The notes beneath the pieces are model-generated. The model ran no database searches. It saw only the letters and a program-made list of their open reading frames with translations, and was not told the DNA's origin. Made by a program: the position numbers and the translations under genes. This document shows positions 26,365-39,769 of a stretch of DNA of 64,000 nt, piece after piece. Positions within the stretch are counted from its first letter, which is position 1. Every line of letters begins with the position of its first letter. Origin of the DNA: the human T2T-CHM13v2.0 reference genome, Homo sapiens; the NCBI RefSeq assembly GCF_009914755.1, contig NC_060926.1; one strand, given 5' to 3'.

Positions 26365-28000
26365 CCAGTGAGGGTAATGATTAGATAGATATGATATCCA
26401 AAGCACAAACAGAAAAAGAAAAAATAGATACATTGAACTTCATCAAAATTGAAAACTTTGTACTTCAGAGAACACAATCAAGAAAGGGAAAGACGAGAGA
26501 GAGAGAAATTGGGGATGGTTAATGGGTACAAAGATACACTTAAGTAGAATGAACAAGATGCAGTGTTCGTAGCACAACAGAGAGACTACAGCTGACAATA
26601 ATTTATTGTATGTTTTAAAATTACTAAAGGAATGGAATTGGAATGTCCCCAACACAAAGAATTAATAAATACTTGAGGTGGTGGATATCCAAATTACCAT
26701 GATTTGATCATTAAACATTGGATGCCTGTATCACAACATCACATGTACCCCATAATATTTTATATTTATAAATATTTACAACTATTACATACCCATAATA
26801 ATTAAAAATTATTTGTAAAAAAAGAAAAAAAAGCTTTACTCCCCTAACAGGAGGAATGACGAAAAGATAAACAATGAAGGACACAGAACGATTGGCAGGT
26901 GTTTTGGCCAGGTATTTGGCAGTCCCTGCCCACCTTTACATGGGGAATTGGTGGCCTCTTTTAATCCTCGGCATTGAAAATTGGCCCCTCCCCCATTTTC
27001 CTGCATTCCTTGGGATTAGACTGGCTATATAACAAAGACTACAGATACTTTAAAGAAGAAAAAGAGAAGACAACAAAGAGAATGAGGAAATATATTTTCA
27101 AATTGTATACCTGATAATGGCCTTGCATCCAGAATATATAAATAACTCCTACAATTTAATAATTTTTTAAAATTTCAAAATGGGCAAAGGATTTGAGTAG
27201 GTATTTTTCCAGAGAAGATAAATAAATGGCTATAAGCACATGAAAAGATGCCTGCAATTATTAGTCATCAGGGAAATGCAAATAAAAGCCACTATGAGAT
27301 ACCACTTCACAGCTCCTAGGATGGCTAACATCAAAAAGACAGACAATATCAAGTGTGGCTGAGGATGTAGAAAATTGGAAATTTCACACTTGTTGGTGAG
27401 AATGTAAAATGGCACAGCCACTTTGAAAAAGAGTTTGGCAGTTCCTCAAATTGTTAAACATAAAGTTACCATACGACCCGGCAATTCCATGTCTAGTTAC
27501 ATACTCAAGGGAAATAAAAACATATGTCCACACAAAAACATATACAAAAACTTTTATAACAATATTATTCATAATAGCCAAAACTTCTAAGCAATCCAAT
27601 GTCCATCAACAGATGAATGAATAAATAAAATGTAGTACACCCATACAATGGAATAATATTTGGCCATGAAAAGCAATGGAATTCTGACCCATGCTACAAC
27701 CCAGATGAACCTTGAGAACCTGATGCCAAGTGAAAGAAAGCAGTCATGAAAGACCTCATATTCTATGGTTTCATTCACATGAAATATCCAGAATCAGCTC
27801 ATCTATAAAGACAAAAAATAGATTAGTGTTTACCTAGGTCTGGAGGTGGAGGCCGTGAGCAACTATTAATTGATGCAGGGATTCTGTGAGGAGATTAAAA
27901 TGTTCTAAACTGAGATTGGGGTAATGATTACACAAGTCGGTGAATACATTGAAAACCATTGCATTGTACCCTTCTATATATCAATAAAGCATTTATGAAA
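26365..28000 (+). mobile_element. L1MB-type ORF2 end/3' UTR, interrupted at 26495-27055
   Basis: 'gaacttcatcaaaattgaaaactttgtacttc' continues as 'aagacaac...gaatgaggaaatatattttc' after the insert. Confidence 0.8.
26500..26832 (+). mobile_element. L1MA-type 3' UTR with A tail
   Basis: 'ggggatggttaatgggtacaaa...gatttgatcatt...acatcacatgtacccc...aattaaaaa'. Confidence 0.8.
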
Positions 28001-28019
28001 ACAGAAACCTAGAGTCCTA

Positions 28020-28200
28020 GCTAGATTGCCAGATAAAATGCAAGATGCCCAGTTAAATTTGAATTTAGATTTTTTTAAAATGACATTTCAGTCTGACTAC
28101 TCTTTAGATATTGCATGGGGCATACTTATACTCAAAAAAACTGCTTGGTTTGTCAGATATTTAAATTAACTGGTAATTATGTGTTTGATCTGCAACCTAT
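28020..28200 (+). mobile_element. MER33-like hAT-Charlie MITE
   Basis: 'ttgccagataaaatgcaagatgcccagttaaatttgaattt'. Confidence 0.7.
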
Positions 28201-28429
28201 TATGGGGAATGGACCGGTACCGGGTTGATGTGTAGGATCCCAGTAGGAATGCAGAAGTTGGCTGAGGCCTTCGTGCAGGATTAGCCTTGAAAGCCAAGGG
28301 AAATTCAAACGGTGGAGACTTTGGGTAGTGGGGCTGAACAGTTTGCCCTTACTCTTGTATTGAGTGGCCTCCAGTCAAGATGTTGTGAGGGGATTGGGGT
28401 GGGTGTTGGTGTTGGAAGAAAGTGTACCG

Positions 28430-28645
28430 CAGGCTTGTCCAACCCGCAGCCCACAGGCCGCATGCAGCCCAGAATGGCTTTGAATGAGGTCCAACACAAA
28501 TCGTAAACTTTCTTAAAACATTATGAGATGTTTTTGTGATTTTTTTTCTCATCTGCTGTTGTTAGTGTTAGTGCATTTTATGTGTGGCCCAAGACAATTC
28601 TACTTCCAGTGTGGCCCAGGGAAGCCAAAAGACTGGACACCCCTG
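28430..28645. mobile_element. MER30 (hAT-Charlie) with 8-bp TSD
   Basis: TIRs caggcttgtccaa / tggacacccctg; TSD gtgtaccg (28422-28429) / gtgtacag (28646-28653). Confidence 0.88.
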
Positions 28646-28799
28646 GTGTACAGTCACCTGGATCCACTCATGCCGTTGACAGGGAACCTGATGCCAGCAA
28701 CAATCTGTGGCCTCCTGGTAGTCATGTTTGATGGACCACAAATGCCACGAACAGGTGCCGGGAGACCAGGTAAGTGATATTCTCACAAGAGCTTACCCT

Positions 28800-29290
28800 G
28801 GGGCAATGATAACTGGAAGGGGAAAGAGGAGACAGTGGTGTCAGCCATTTCAGTGAAGAGATGAAGGGATGGCTGGTGGATGTGAGAGGCCAGAAGTGGG
28901 AAGCTTTGGGGTTTCCAGCCTGAATGACAAGGAGGGCACGGTGGCCCCTAATGAGATAGGAAAACCACAAGAACAGGAAGGAGGAGGGGGGAGGATTGGT
29001 TTTGCACACCAGTTTGAGCGCATCAGCGGTAAGAAACTGGACGTGACTGTGGTGACAGAGAAGGACAGGAAAGAACATCGGGGCTGGACTTGGATGTGCT
29101 TCCCTCTGTGGCAGGGCTGGAGAAACATTCCCATGCAAGTAGCCAGAAGGACCATCAGAGAACGTAATGCAGGGCAGAGGGTTGGGGAAGTTGAAGAAAA
29201 ATGAGTTTTTAAAAAATGCCATATCCGCAGTGACATAGGTCAAAGAGAAGTCTCACAAGTAAGGGTGGAAACATGCCCTCTGCTTTCGGA
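28800..29290 (-). mobile_element. L2 fragment
   Basis: Purine-rich L2-like 'gcctgaatgacaaggagggcacggtggcccctaatgagatagg'. Confidence 0.5.
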
Positions 29291-29439
29291 AGCGGACACT
29301 GACCACATCCCCAAGGCTGAAGGGACCATCCTCAGCTGTACTGCTCAATACTGCAGGGGACACAGGTTCACTTCACCTGTGTGGTCGGGTCTGCCAACAC
29401 CCCTGCAGAGTTGTAAAGAATCTCTGGCTGATTAGGGAA

Positions 29440-30345
29440 AAAAAAGAAGATGTGCAAACGGCCAACAGATATGTGAAAAAAGGCTCAACCTCACTAATCA
29501 CCAGTGAAATGCAAATCAAAACCCCAGTGAGAGATTACCCTACCTCAGTTAGAATGACTGTTATCAAAAAGGTGAAAAAAAAATAACAGATGCTGGTGAA
29601 AACAAAAACTCACACACTGTTATGGGAATGTAAAATAGGACAGCCACTGTGGAAAACAGTAGGGGGTTCCTCAAAAAACTAAAAAATAGAACATTTGACC
29701 CAGCCATCCCATGATTGGGTATATATCCAAAGGAAATAAAATCAGTATGCTGAAGATATATCTGCATCCCATGTTTATTGCAGCGCAGTTCACAATAGCC
29801 AAGCTATGGAATTAACCTAAATGCCCATCTCCAGCTGAATGAATAAAGAAAATGTGGTATATATACACAATGGAGTACTCTTCAGCCATAAAACCAATGC
29901 AATCTTGTCATTCATGACAACATGAATGAACCTAGAGGACATTATGGTAAGTGAAATAAGCCAGGCACAGACAGACAAATATTGCACATTCTCACTCATT
30001 CTAAAAAAGTTGATTTTGTAGAGGTAGAAAGTAGAATAGCAGTTACCAGAGTCTGGGGAGGGGAGGGAGAAGGCAGAATGGGAGAGGCTCATTAACAGGT
30101 ATAAAGTTAGAGTTGAGGAGAATAAGTTCTGTTGTTCTGCTACACAGTAGGGTGACTATGGCAAATAATAATGTGGTGTATATTTTAAGAAAGCTAAAAG
30201 AGAAGATTTTTAAGGTTATCACTACAAAGAAGTGATAAAAATGTAAAGTGATGAATATGGCAATTGCCCTGATTTGATCATTACACAATGTGTGCCTACA
30301 CTGAAACATCATTCCACCCCATAAGCATGTACAATTATTATGTCA
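29440..30345 (+). mobile_element. L1MA-type 3' end
   Basis: 'gacccagccatcccatgattgggtatatatccaaaggaa' and L1MA 3' UTR. Confidence 0.85.
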
Positions 30346-30356
30346 TCTGTGACTTT

Positions 30357-30771
30357 TGACAGAGCAGGAGCATCGCCATCTTGGACAAACACTGCCATTT
30401 TAAGTGCTCCTTTGTTAAAAAACCACCTAAATCCAGCCCCAAAACATAAGCCTAACGGCTAATGTCAGCATCACCAGAAAATTCCAACCCTAAGATAAAC
30501 CCACCTCCAACCAGAAACATGGCAACCCTGAGATAACCTCACCTTCAAACAGAGATTCCAACCCCCCAATAAACTTTCCCTCACATAGAAACATCCCGAG
30601 CCTGCGATAGGCTCCCCGCATTTCCTAAATCCTTAAACACCCATAGTCTGTGAGAAAGAATGCTCTTGACCGAAATCAGCCAGAAGCCTGTCTCTGGTTT
30701 ATTCTCCAAAATAACCCTGTCTTTGACTGTTGAGCTGCTTTCCGTGTTTCTTTCCTCCTTCTTTACTTACA
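30357..30771 (+). mobile_element. Solo LTR, MER66-like (ERV1)
   Basis: Starts 'tgacagagcaggagcatcgccatcttggacaa', ends 'cttaca'; polyA-like 'aaataacc'. Confidence 0.8.
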
Positions 30772-31678
30772 ATAATTTCTTTAAAAAAGCTAAGTCTGAG
30801 CATGTTTCTTCAGAGATGCACTGTGCTCTGCTTTATTACAGTGAATTGAATGGGAAAGAAAAGATGTTTTATTGCTGGTGATATCACCAGGCAGAAATGA
30901 CAGCTTCCAAAGTTCTAAATAGCAGGGGTATTCCATCTTTGTTGAAGGTTATCATGAAACTCAGAAAGAGAAGTAGAGCCTGTTCTGACAATGTTCCTCA
31001 CAGACGAGCAGTCTAATAGTCTAGGTTCAGTTCCCATGAGGTTTACAGAGTTGGGTTTATTTTCAAATGATATAGACTTGCTTGGGTTCAACTTACTTCT
31101 GAGGTTGGTGAGAACCTTCCAAATAAGAACATCAGTGCATCTGCAACATGGGGACATTTTGGACTCAGAAATTTAATAATTTTTGGTGATAACTTTAAAT
31201 TAATAATGACTTTTTAACTGCATTGCTTTTTAGCTTAATGTCATTTTTAAATTAACTTTATTATGTAAGGCCATGAATTTTATTTTTCCCCTATTTTTCC
31301 TGCCCTTCCCCAGAGCCCCAACTGAAATGTGTGCTTCAGTCATGCATGTGCAGTGGGAGAGAGAAGGCAGGAGGAAAGGTGTCCAGGTATTTTCAGTCAC
31401 ACAGAAACATTCTTGATTTGGCCAACTCTGCACGAGGAGCTAAGGCAAGCTGGCAGAGCAGGTGTCTGCAATGTGTCAGGCGCATGCAGGTGCAGCAAAC
31501 GGGCAGCGAGCATGGGAGGGCATCACGGGGCTGCGGTGATGGCAGCCACACAGGTGTGCACAGATAAGGAGAAATATGACAGGATCTGGACCTACGTTTT
31601 CATGTGAAGAAACATTTCATCTGCTGAAGAAAAGTGAGGGGCCCTTTTGATCTCAGGCTCTCCCCAGTGTCTAAAATG

Positions 31679-31790
31679 TAGGGTGACCAGCCAGCCCAGT
31701 TTTCCTAGGACTGTCCCAGTTTTAGCACTAAAGTTTGGTGTTCTGGGAAACCCCTCAGCACTGGGAAAACTAATGGGTCTGGCCACCCTA
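31679..31790 (+). mobile_element. MER81-like hAT-Blackjack MITE
   Basis: TIRs tagggtgacc / ggccacccta, 112 bp, internal 'ctgtcccagttttagcact'. Confidence 0.8.
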
Positions 31791-31954
31791 TATCCCCACC
31801 ACTTCTCAGACTCTGCATCATGGGGCTGAAGGTCAATTTCCCATTTATCATTGGCTAGCCCACCTGTGCTTTTCTCCCCAATATTCTTCCATCGTTGCTC
31901 CTCCTCCTCCTCTTCTAAGGTAGAGAAATAATTCTCTCTCTCTGTATCATAAGA

Positions 31955-32205
31955 GGCACAGTGAAACTGAAGTCAAATTTATAGAGACAGAAAGTGGGAA
32001 TGGTAGTTGCCAGGGGCTGGGGGAAGGCAGAATAAGGAGTTTGTGTCTGATGGGTACAGAGCCTTAGTTGGAGAAGATGGAAAAGTTCTGGAGCTGGGTG
32101 GTGATGATGGTTGCACAACAATGTGAATGTATTTAATAGCACTTTAAAATGGTTACCATGGTAAATTTTATGTTATGCATATTTTACCGTAACAAAAAAA
32201 AAAAT
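31955..32205 (+). mobile_element. L1MB 3' end
   Basis: 'gatggttgcacaacaatgtgaatgtatttaat...ttttatgttatgcatattttacc' plus A tail. Confidence 0.8.
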
Positions 32206-35200
32206 AGAATGGAAAACAAAAAGTGGTACTGTGAAAGCTAGACCAAGAAGAGCATCTATGCCAAGGCGAATGGAAGAGAGAACCTTTCCTTGCAGAATCG
32301 AGAATTTGTCCCACTTGTTTTCTCTCATCCTTCACGTGCAGCACATAGAACCCATGTAGGGTCCTCATGTTGCTCCTGTAACCATTTGAATTTAGAGGTA
32401 GGAAAATTGAAAGGATGCTTGAGCAAGAGGCAGCATACTGAGGAAACCTGAGGGCTAGTGTGGAAAGTTCTATGTCAAACCCTTTTGAAAGGGAAGGTTG
32501 GACAAAACTGGCTCAAAAGCCATTAAGTCCAGGGTGCTAAGAACTCCTGAGTGTGGACTCACCTGTGACCCATCTCATCCTGGCTCTCAGGGCTCCAGAC
32601 AGAGCTATTCTCAAGTAACTTTAAGTTCCATTGTCTAAAATGTGCCCCACAGAGCAGTGAGAATAACATGCTTTGCACAGGGGTAGGATTGTGACATTTT
32701 GTACTTCACAACTCCAGAGGCACCAGCCAGAGGAATTCCTAGCTGAGCAGATGACTCCAGCAGAGAGAAAGTACTTTCCATAAAAAATAATGCCACCCCT
32801 AACTTTCACCAACACTGACTCACTTGGCCCCTTTTAGTAAAAGCCTTTATATACTTGCTTTGTCAAAAGTATGCTGCCATGTCTCTATTCCAACCATCCC
32901 TGAGCAGTTTCATTTTAGCGAGTGCTCCTTCATTTGAGAGGAGTGTGTCTGTAAGTGGTCCCAAGAGTACCATATCTTGCCTTCTCTTGCATAAGCCACC
33001 GCCTTGCCTTGGAGGGTCTCTCTGGGCTCCTCCAAGTCATCCTCTGGGCGGGGAATGTGGCCATCGACCACGGGGTGCCACAGCATCTAGAGTCTGGGGA
33101 GTATTCTGTGCTCCCACCTTAGTGGTGAGTCTGGAGTCACAGATCTTCCAGGAGTAAGAAACTGCCCAATAATTGTGCATTTCTTTAGGTATTAAACACA
33201 GCCATGCAATGTGCAGCCTCTTTGTCTTGGGGGTGCTGTGCCTTCTCCCCTCTGGCGATGCACAAGGTCCTTGGAGTTTCAGCATATGCCTGAGGGATGC
33301 ATTGATGCTGGATGGGAGACAAGGGTCTCAGGGACCCACTGGTGCCTAGAGTCATCAAGGCACACAGCCCCATGAGGCCAGGAGCCCCAAAGGGGAAGCT
33401 GAAAGGGATGCTACTAGGGGAGCATCTAGTGCCAAAACATCAAGCTAACCTGGATCTTTCCATCATGCACCCGAGTGTCACCTGAGGTGGGAGGTCCCAG
33501 TGCTGAGAGAGGGCGTAACACTTGAAGCAACTGAGAGATGTTGGGGGAACGGGAGCGGAGTTTTTCTTATTTACCATCTACTCAGAATGTTCCTCTGGCA
33601 CATGGGTAACATTATCTTAGACTAGTCTCCATTTTCCTCCCCAGCAAAGTAATCATCGAGAAGCAAAACAAAAAACCAAACAAACAAACAAAAAAAGAAA
33701 CAAAAACAAAAAACACCTCTCAATATTCTACGTGTCAGAGTGATTTTTGTTTTGTCTCAACTTTCCCCAGGAGTACTGAAATGGGATCCTGGCTCTGGTA
33801 ACAGGGAGCAGGTGCCTAAACTGCTTTGCACCTGCAGGAACACCAGGCATTCAACAGGCACTTAATGAACACCTGCTGGTCACTGGTTGAGTTCTGCTTG
33901 AAACACCTGGCAACAATCCCAGGAAATGGAGCAAGGGCAGGAAATGCCTTTGCAAACCCAGAACGCCACTGATGTCTTGAATGTCTGGCAGTCACTGAGC
34001 TCATGGCCAAGCAATCTCAACGAAGCACGGGGCTCAGGAAAGGAGGACATCCAGGGGCTCAAGGAACTGATGCAGCCTTGCTCCTGAGTGTTTTATCTCA
34101 ATGTCCCTTTATATACATTTGCAGCTTTATGCAATATGGCCTCATCGAGGTCTGTGTTAATATGATCATCACACCACAGAGCATGCAATGAGTATAGGTA
34201 GGGTCAGAGGATTTTGAGGGTGGGATGGGGGTGAAAATTCTGCAAAACTCTGGGGTTCTAGTAAGAAATACTTGGGAATAAATTCTTCCATGACACCATG
34301 ATCGGGTTCAAGAGGCAAGACTGCAGTCCTAGATATGGAGAGATGACAGCCTTCCTGCCTCCTTCACTGCTGTAGGGTGGTGAAAACAGAGGGCAGCCCC
34401 CTCAAAAATGCCTGGTCCCTCTGCATAAAGGAGAACATGGCAGGTGGAGGGGTTGTGGAAAGGGTGCCTGCCCGGCATCATTCTGACCTTGCAGGATGGG
34501 CACTCTCACAGGATGAAGCACAGGAGTTGGGGATTTAGGGTCTATAAACGAATTTTCTCTCTTTTATAAGGGGAATAAGCCTTACGGGATTGTTCTGAAG
34601 ATGACATGAGATCATATAAAAAAGTGATTAAGATGGTGGCTGGAACACAATCACACCAAAGACATGTAAGCCCTTGTTTTCACACTCCCTGTTTTATAAA
34701 TGACAATTCTGAGGCTCAAAGTAAGAAGCCGAGCAGCATCCAGAAAAGCACTGACTCAACCAGATCTGCCTATTCCAAAAGCCCATGTCTTTACCCACCA
34801 CCCTGCTTCCAATCACAGCACAACACAGTGACAGCGAAGGCATCTGAACTCAGAGGGCATTTCCGCCAGCTCAACAAATATTTCAAGCTTATTTAGCATG
34901 ATGAGTCTTGCTCTTTGTTTAGTGTAGATATGCTAGAATTAGCAACATTAAAGCAATTATCTGTGAAATTATCCCCAAATTATATTAGCATGCCCATAGA
35001 ACAGTATTTTGCATGTAAATTGATAGCAGGTAAGTTCAACAGAACTGCCTTTAAAATGAGTCCGAGGAATCCATAATGAGTGACTATTTATTTTAGCGGT
35101 TCTGAAACTATGCAATGTGTGTGCAACTACCAAAAGCATCAGAAAGAAGGAAAAGAAATCTTCCTACAAGCCAGCTGCTTACTAAAAAAATACATAAATA

Positions 35201-35849
35201 ATTCCCTGAAATTCCCACTGCTTCAGTTTTAGGAACAGGCACTCTTCTTTACCATCTTTACCTGTACTCCCTCATGCTGTGGTCACTTGCTATCCAAACA
35301 TAGCAGACATATCCAAACATAGCATACATAGCTGAAGCACCCCTCATTAATTTAAGCCTAAAAGTGCATTCGAAAGTCCATCCTCCTGTGTGATTGTAAG
35401 GATGATGCACTGGTCACTTTGGCATCTGAACCAATAGGGAATGTAGAGGAAACATGCTCGGGACACGTCAGAGGTGCTGGCCAGGCAGGCTTGCTGCAGT
35501 CTCTGCTTTGCCAGTGCAGCGCCTAAGACCAGGTGTGGCAGGTGGGGACGGTAGAGTCGATAGGAACATCCTCCATAGCCTTCTCCATAGTACTGGTATT
35601 GCCCTTTGCAATTTGTATCAATTGCTATGTTGATCCTTGCTATGAGGTGAGCAAGAAATCTGAGGCCCAGAGTTTAAATGACTGACTCCAAATCTCCCTG
35701 ATATGGGGGATGGAGCTGGGATTTGACCACAGATGTACTAAATCTAACTCTATATTTCCAGTATGAAGAGGCCTCAGAGCTTATTCAATCGAACTCAGTG
35801 TCTGGCGGAAAAATCCCATGTATAGTAAAGTGAGTGTAAAAAGGCGAAC

Positions 35850-36575
35850 AACAGCAAGTGTTGAGAGAAAGTAGAAAAGGGAACCCTGGCACACTGTTGC
35901 TGGGAATGTACATTGGTGCAGCCATCACAGAAAGCAGTTTGGAGTTTCCTTAAAAAAATAAAAACACAACTACCTTATGATCCAGCAATCCCACTGCTGC
36001 ACACATACCCAAAGGAAATGAAATCAATATGTCAGATGAATGGATATAGAAAGTGGGGTATATATACACAGTGGAATATTATTCAGCCTTAAAAATAAGG
36101 AAATTCTGTCATTTGGGACAACACAGATGAACTTGGAGGACATTTGGTAAAATAAGTTAGATGCAGAAAAACAAATACTGCAGGATTTCACTTATATGTG
36201 GAATCTAAAAGCATTGAACTCACAGAAGCAGAGTGGGATGGTGGTCACCGGGGGCTGGAGGTATGGTGGGTAGATGAGGTGGGGAGCAGGGGAGTGGAAC
36301 TGGGGATATGTTTGTGAAAGAGTACAAACTTCCAGTGATGCAAAATGAATACATGTTCAGATCTATTGTAATGCATGGTGACTCTTGTTAATAATACTGT
36401 ATTGCATAGTTGAAAATTGCTAAAAGAATCGATGTTTTTACCACAAAAAATAAGCATGCAAGGTGGTAGATAAGTCAGCTTGACTTAATCATTTCCCAAT
36501 ATATACATATATCAATACATGAAATCATACACTATAAATGTATAAAATTTTTATTTGTCAATTATACCTTAGTAA
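35850..36575 (+). mobile_element. L1MA-type 3' end
   Basis: 'tatgatccagcaatcccactgctg', 'gatgaacttggaggacatt' and L1MA 3' UTR. Confidence 0.8.
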
Positions 36576-36649
36576 AGTCAGGGTAACCATGAGAGAAAAC
36601 AAGTAAAATTAAATGCATTGCATTCCATTACATTAAAAAGTCAGCATGG

Positions 36650-36957
36650 GGCAGGCCCAGAGGCTCCTGCCTGTAATCATAGCACTTTGGAAGGCTGAGG
36701 CAGGAGGATCGCTTGAGACCAGGAGTTTAAGACCAGCCAAATCAATAGAGTGAGACTCCATCTCTACAAAACTAAAAATAATTAGCTTGGCATGCTGGCG
36801 CATGCCTGTAGTCCCAGCTCCTTGAGAGGCTCAGGGGGAGGATTGCTTGAGCCCAGTTCAAGGCTGCAGTGAGCCATGATCATGCCACTGCACTCCAGCC
36901 TGGGTGACAGAGCAAGAACCTGTCTCCCAAAAACAACAACAACAAAAAAAAGAAAAC
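36650..36957 (+). mobile_element. AluJ
   Basis: 'ggaggatcgcttgagaccaggagttt', 'aggctgcagtgagccatgatcatgcc'. Confidence 0.9.
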
Positions 36958-37483
36958 AAATTGAGCATAGTAAGTAATTGAATACTGGTTGGATAAAGAG
37001 TGAGACAAATGGTCTGACCTAAAAGAACTCTAGTTCCAGCAGGGGAGAAGCAAGAGGACAAAGAAGAAGAGGGTGGCTTGGTGTGGGCTGCAGGCAGCGG
37101 GTGTCTCCATAGAGTGAAGCAGGGGACGGGGTCGTGGGCATCTGAGGGAGACTGCGAGGCTTCAGGGAGAACATGGCACCCAAGGTGTGCCCCAGAGGAG
37201 GAAGGGGCAAACACCAGGCTGAGAAAGGAGAAGTGCGTTTAGCAGAGGGAAGAGCAAACAGAAATTTCGGAGACAAGAAACATGGGCGTGTTCCAGAAGG
37301 GTGTGTAAAGCACTGTATGGAGACTCACACAGAGGGGAATGGCACCCAGCCTGAGGGGTGTGAGGGAGCACTCCAAGCTCGGACAGATGCACTCTATTCT
37401 GCAGCCCAGGAGTGGCAAGTAACAGTTACTACCAATAATGAGGGGACAATCATTTACAGAATCCTTTCATAAAGTAGACCCTA

Positions 37484-37816
37484 CAATCATGCGTAGCATA
37501 AGAACACTTTGGTCAATGACAGACTGCATATACCACAGTAGTCCCATAAGATTATAATGCTGCATTTTTACTGTACCTTCTCTGTATACACACAATACTT
37601 AGCAGTGTGTTAAAACTGCCTACAGCATTCAGTACAGAAACATGCTGTACAGGTGTGTAGCCAAAGAGCAACAGGTCATCCCACTTAGCCTAGGTGTGTA
37701 GCAGGCTGTACCGTCTAGGTTTAGGTGAGTACGCCCTATGATGTTCACACAATGACAAGATGGCCTAAGGATGAATTTCTCAGAATGCATCCCTGTCCTT
37801 CAGTGACATATGACTG
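37484..37816 (+). mobile_element. Tigger3a/MER7A-like (TcMar-Tigger)
   Basis: TA-flanked ca(a)tcatg...tgactg termini; 'gtcccataagattataat' core. Confidence 0.8.
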
Positions 37817-38204
37817 TATGAAGGAATCCCATAAAACACAATCACACGTTCCGATACTTTTCTTCACTGGGAGAAAAACTAGGGAATTGTACATAATCAT
37901 ACTGCAGCCGGTAATGAATGACTGATGATACCTGTGATTAATAAAACTTGTCATGTTCTTTTTCTTCACAACATTTTGGAGGGCTTATGTGAATATCAGA
38001 GTAGGTTGGTACTGGTATAGTGCACATGAGAACATTACTCATCACGTATGTTATAGACAAACTCGGGGAGCTATTCAGAGAACTGGTGTAAACAAGGCGT
38101 TTGATCATGGGGCACTGGTGGCATTAAGATGACCTGGGATCCAGGGGCCGGAATTCCCAGTCGGGCTCAAGTCACAGCTGCTTCCTCCATACTCCTCGCA
38201 TTAG

Positions 38205-38314
38205 AATGCTGATCATCCCCATTTGTCTGGAATCAAGGGCATTCCTGGAATGTGGGACTTCAAGTGCTAAACCCAGGACAGTTCCAGGTAGACCAAGGAA
38301 TTGCTGGTCTCTCC
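38205..38314 (-). mobile_element. Diverged MER81-like MITE
   Basis: 'gggacttcaagtgctaaacccaggacagttccagg' is the reverse complement of the MER81 core. Confidence 0.6.
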
Positions 38315-38656
38315 ACTCCCCACATATGGCAAATAGGAATCAGGGACTTCTTAATGACTGGGAGGTTGTTTTCTAAAAACTTCAATCTAAAACTCAGTAC
38401 TCCTGAGTAAACAGGTGTGGGGTGGGGAGCTGAGGTGGGCCTGCAGAGTGGGTGTCTGCCATGCTCAGGTGCACACAGGTGCAGCACATGAGCAGGAAGC
38501 ATGCGAGGGCAACGTGGGGCAGCAGTGACAGCAACCAGCCCGGTGTGCAGACTTAAGGGGGGGTTGACCGGGACTGGACCCACATTTCCATGTGGAACAA
38601 TCCACTGAAGAAGTGAGGGGCCCTTGGACCTCAGACTCTCCCTAGTGTCTAAAATG

Positions 38657-38740
38657 TAGGGTGACAAGCCAGCCCAGTTTTCCTAGGTCTGTCCCAATTT
38701 TAGCACCAAAGTTCGGTGTCCTGGGAAACCCCTCAGTCCC
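38657..38740 (+). mobile_element. Truncated MER81-like MITE (duplicated copy of 31679-31790)
   Basis: Shares upstream flank 'ctctccc(c/t)agtgtctaaaatg' with the 31.7-kb copy. Confidence 0.8.
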
Positions 38741-39135
38741 AAGCCTTGCAAAACTAAAAATAATTAGCTGGGCATGCTTGCACAGCCCTTCCCCACTCCC
38801 TGCTCCACACACATTTACTCAGGAGTACTGAGTTTAGTCAACACCTAATGTGGCACCCGGGAGGGTTCTTCCTGCCTAACTCCCAACACCAGCTGTCCCG
38901 TGGACAGCCTGTCAAAACCAGAAGGGCTTCATCTTATCCGAGGCCTCCCAAGGGCAGAGTGTAGAGCACAGCTTGCCATGGTAGCAGGAACAGTCAGAGG
39001 AGAAGGGAAGGGCACACCAGCACATGTGGACGTTGAGCCCATGGTGACCCTCCCTGTGAGGTGTATGTCCTGGACATTGAACCCGTCTTCACAGTGTTCC
39101 CGCCTCTTGGGGAGGAAGGATAGGGAATGAGGTAG

Positions 39136-39749
<614 letters not shown>

Positions 39750-39769
39750 CTACAGAAACCCACGCATTC

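Noticed and set aside
35292-35329. 19-bp tandem duplication atccaaacatagca(g/t)acat, and similar micro-duplications near 22130 and 63863
   Set aside because: Ordinary slippage duplications with no further structure
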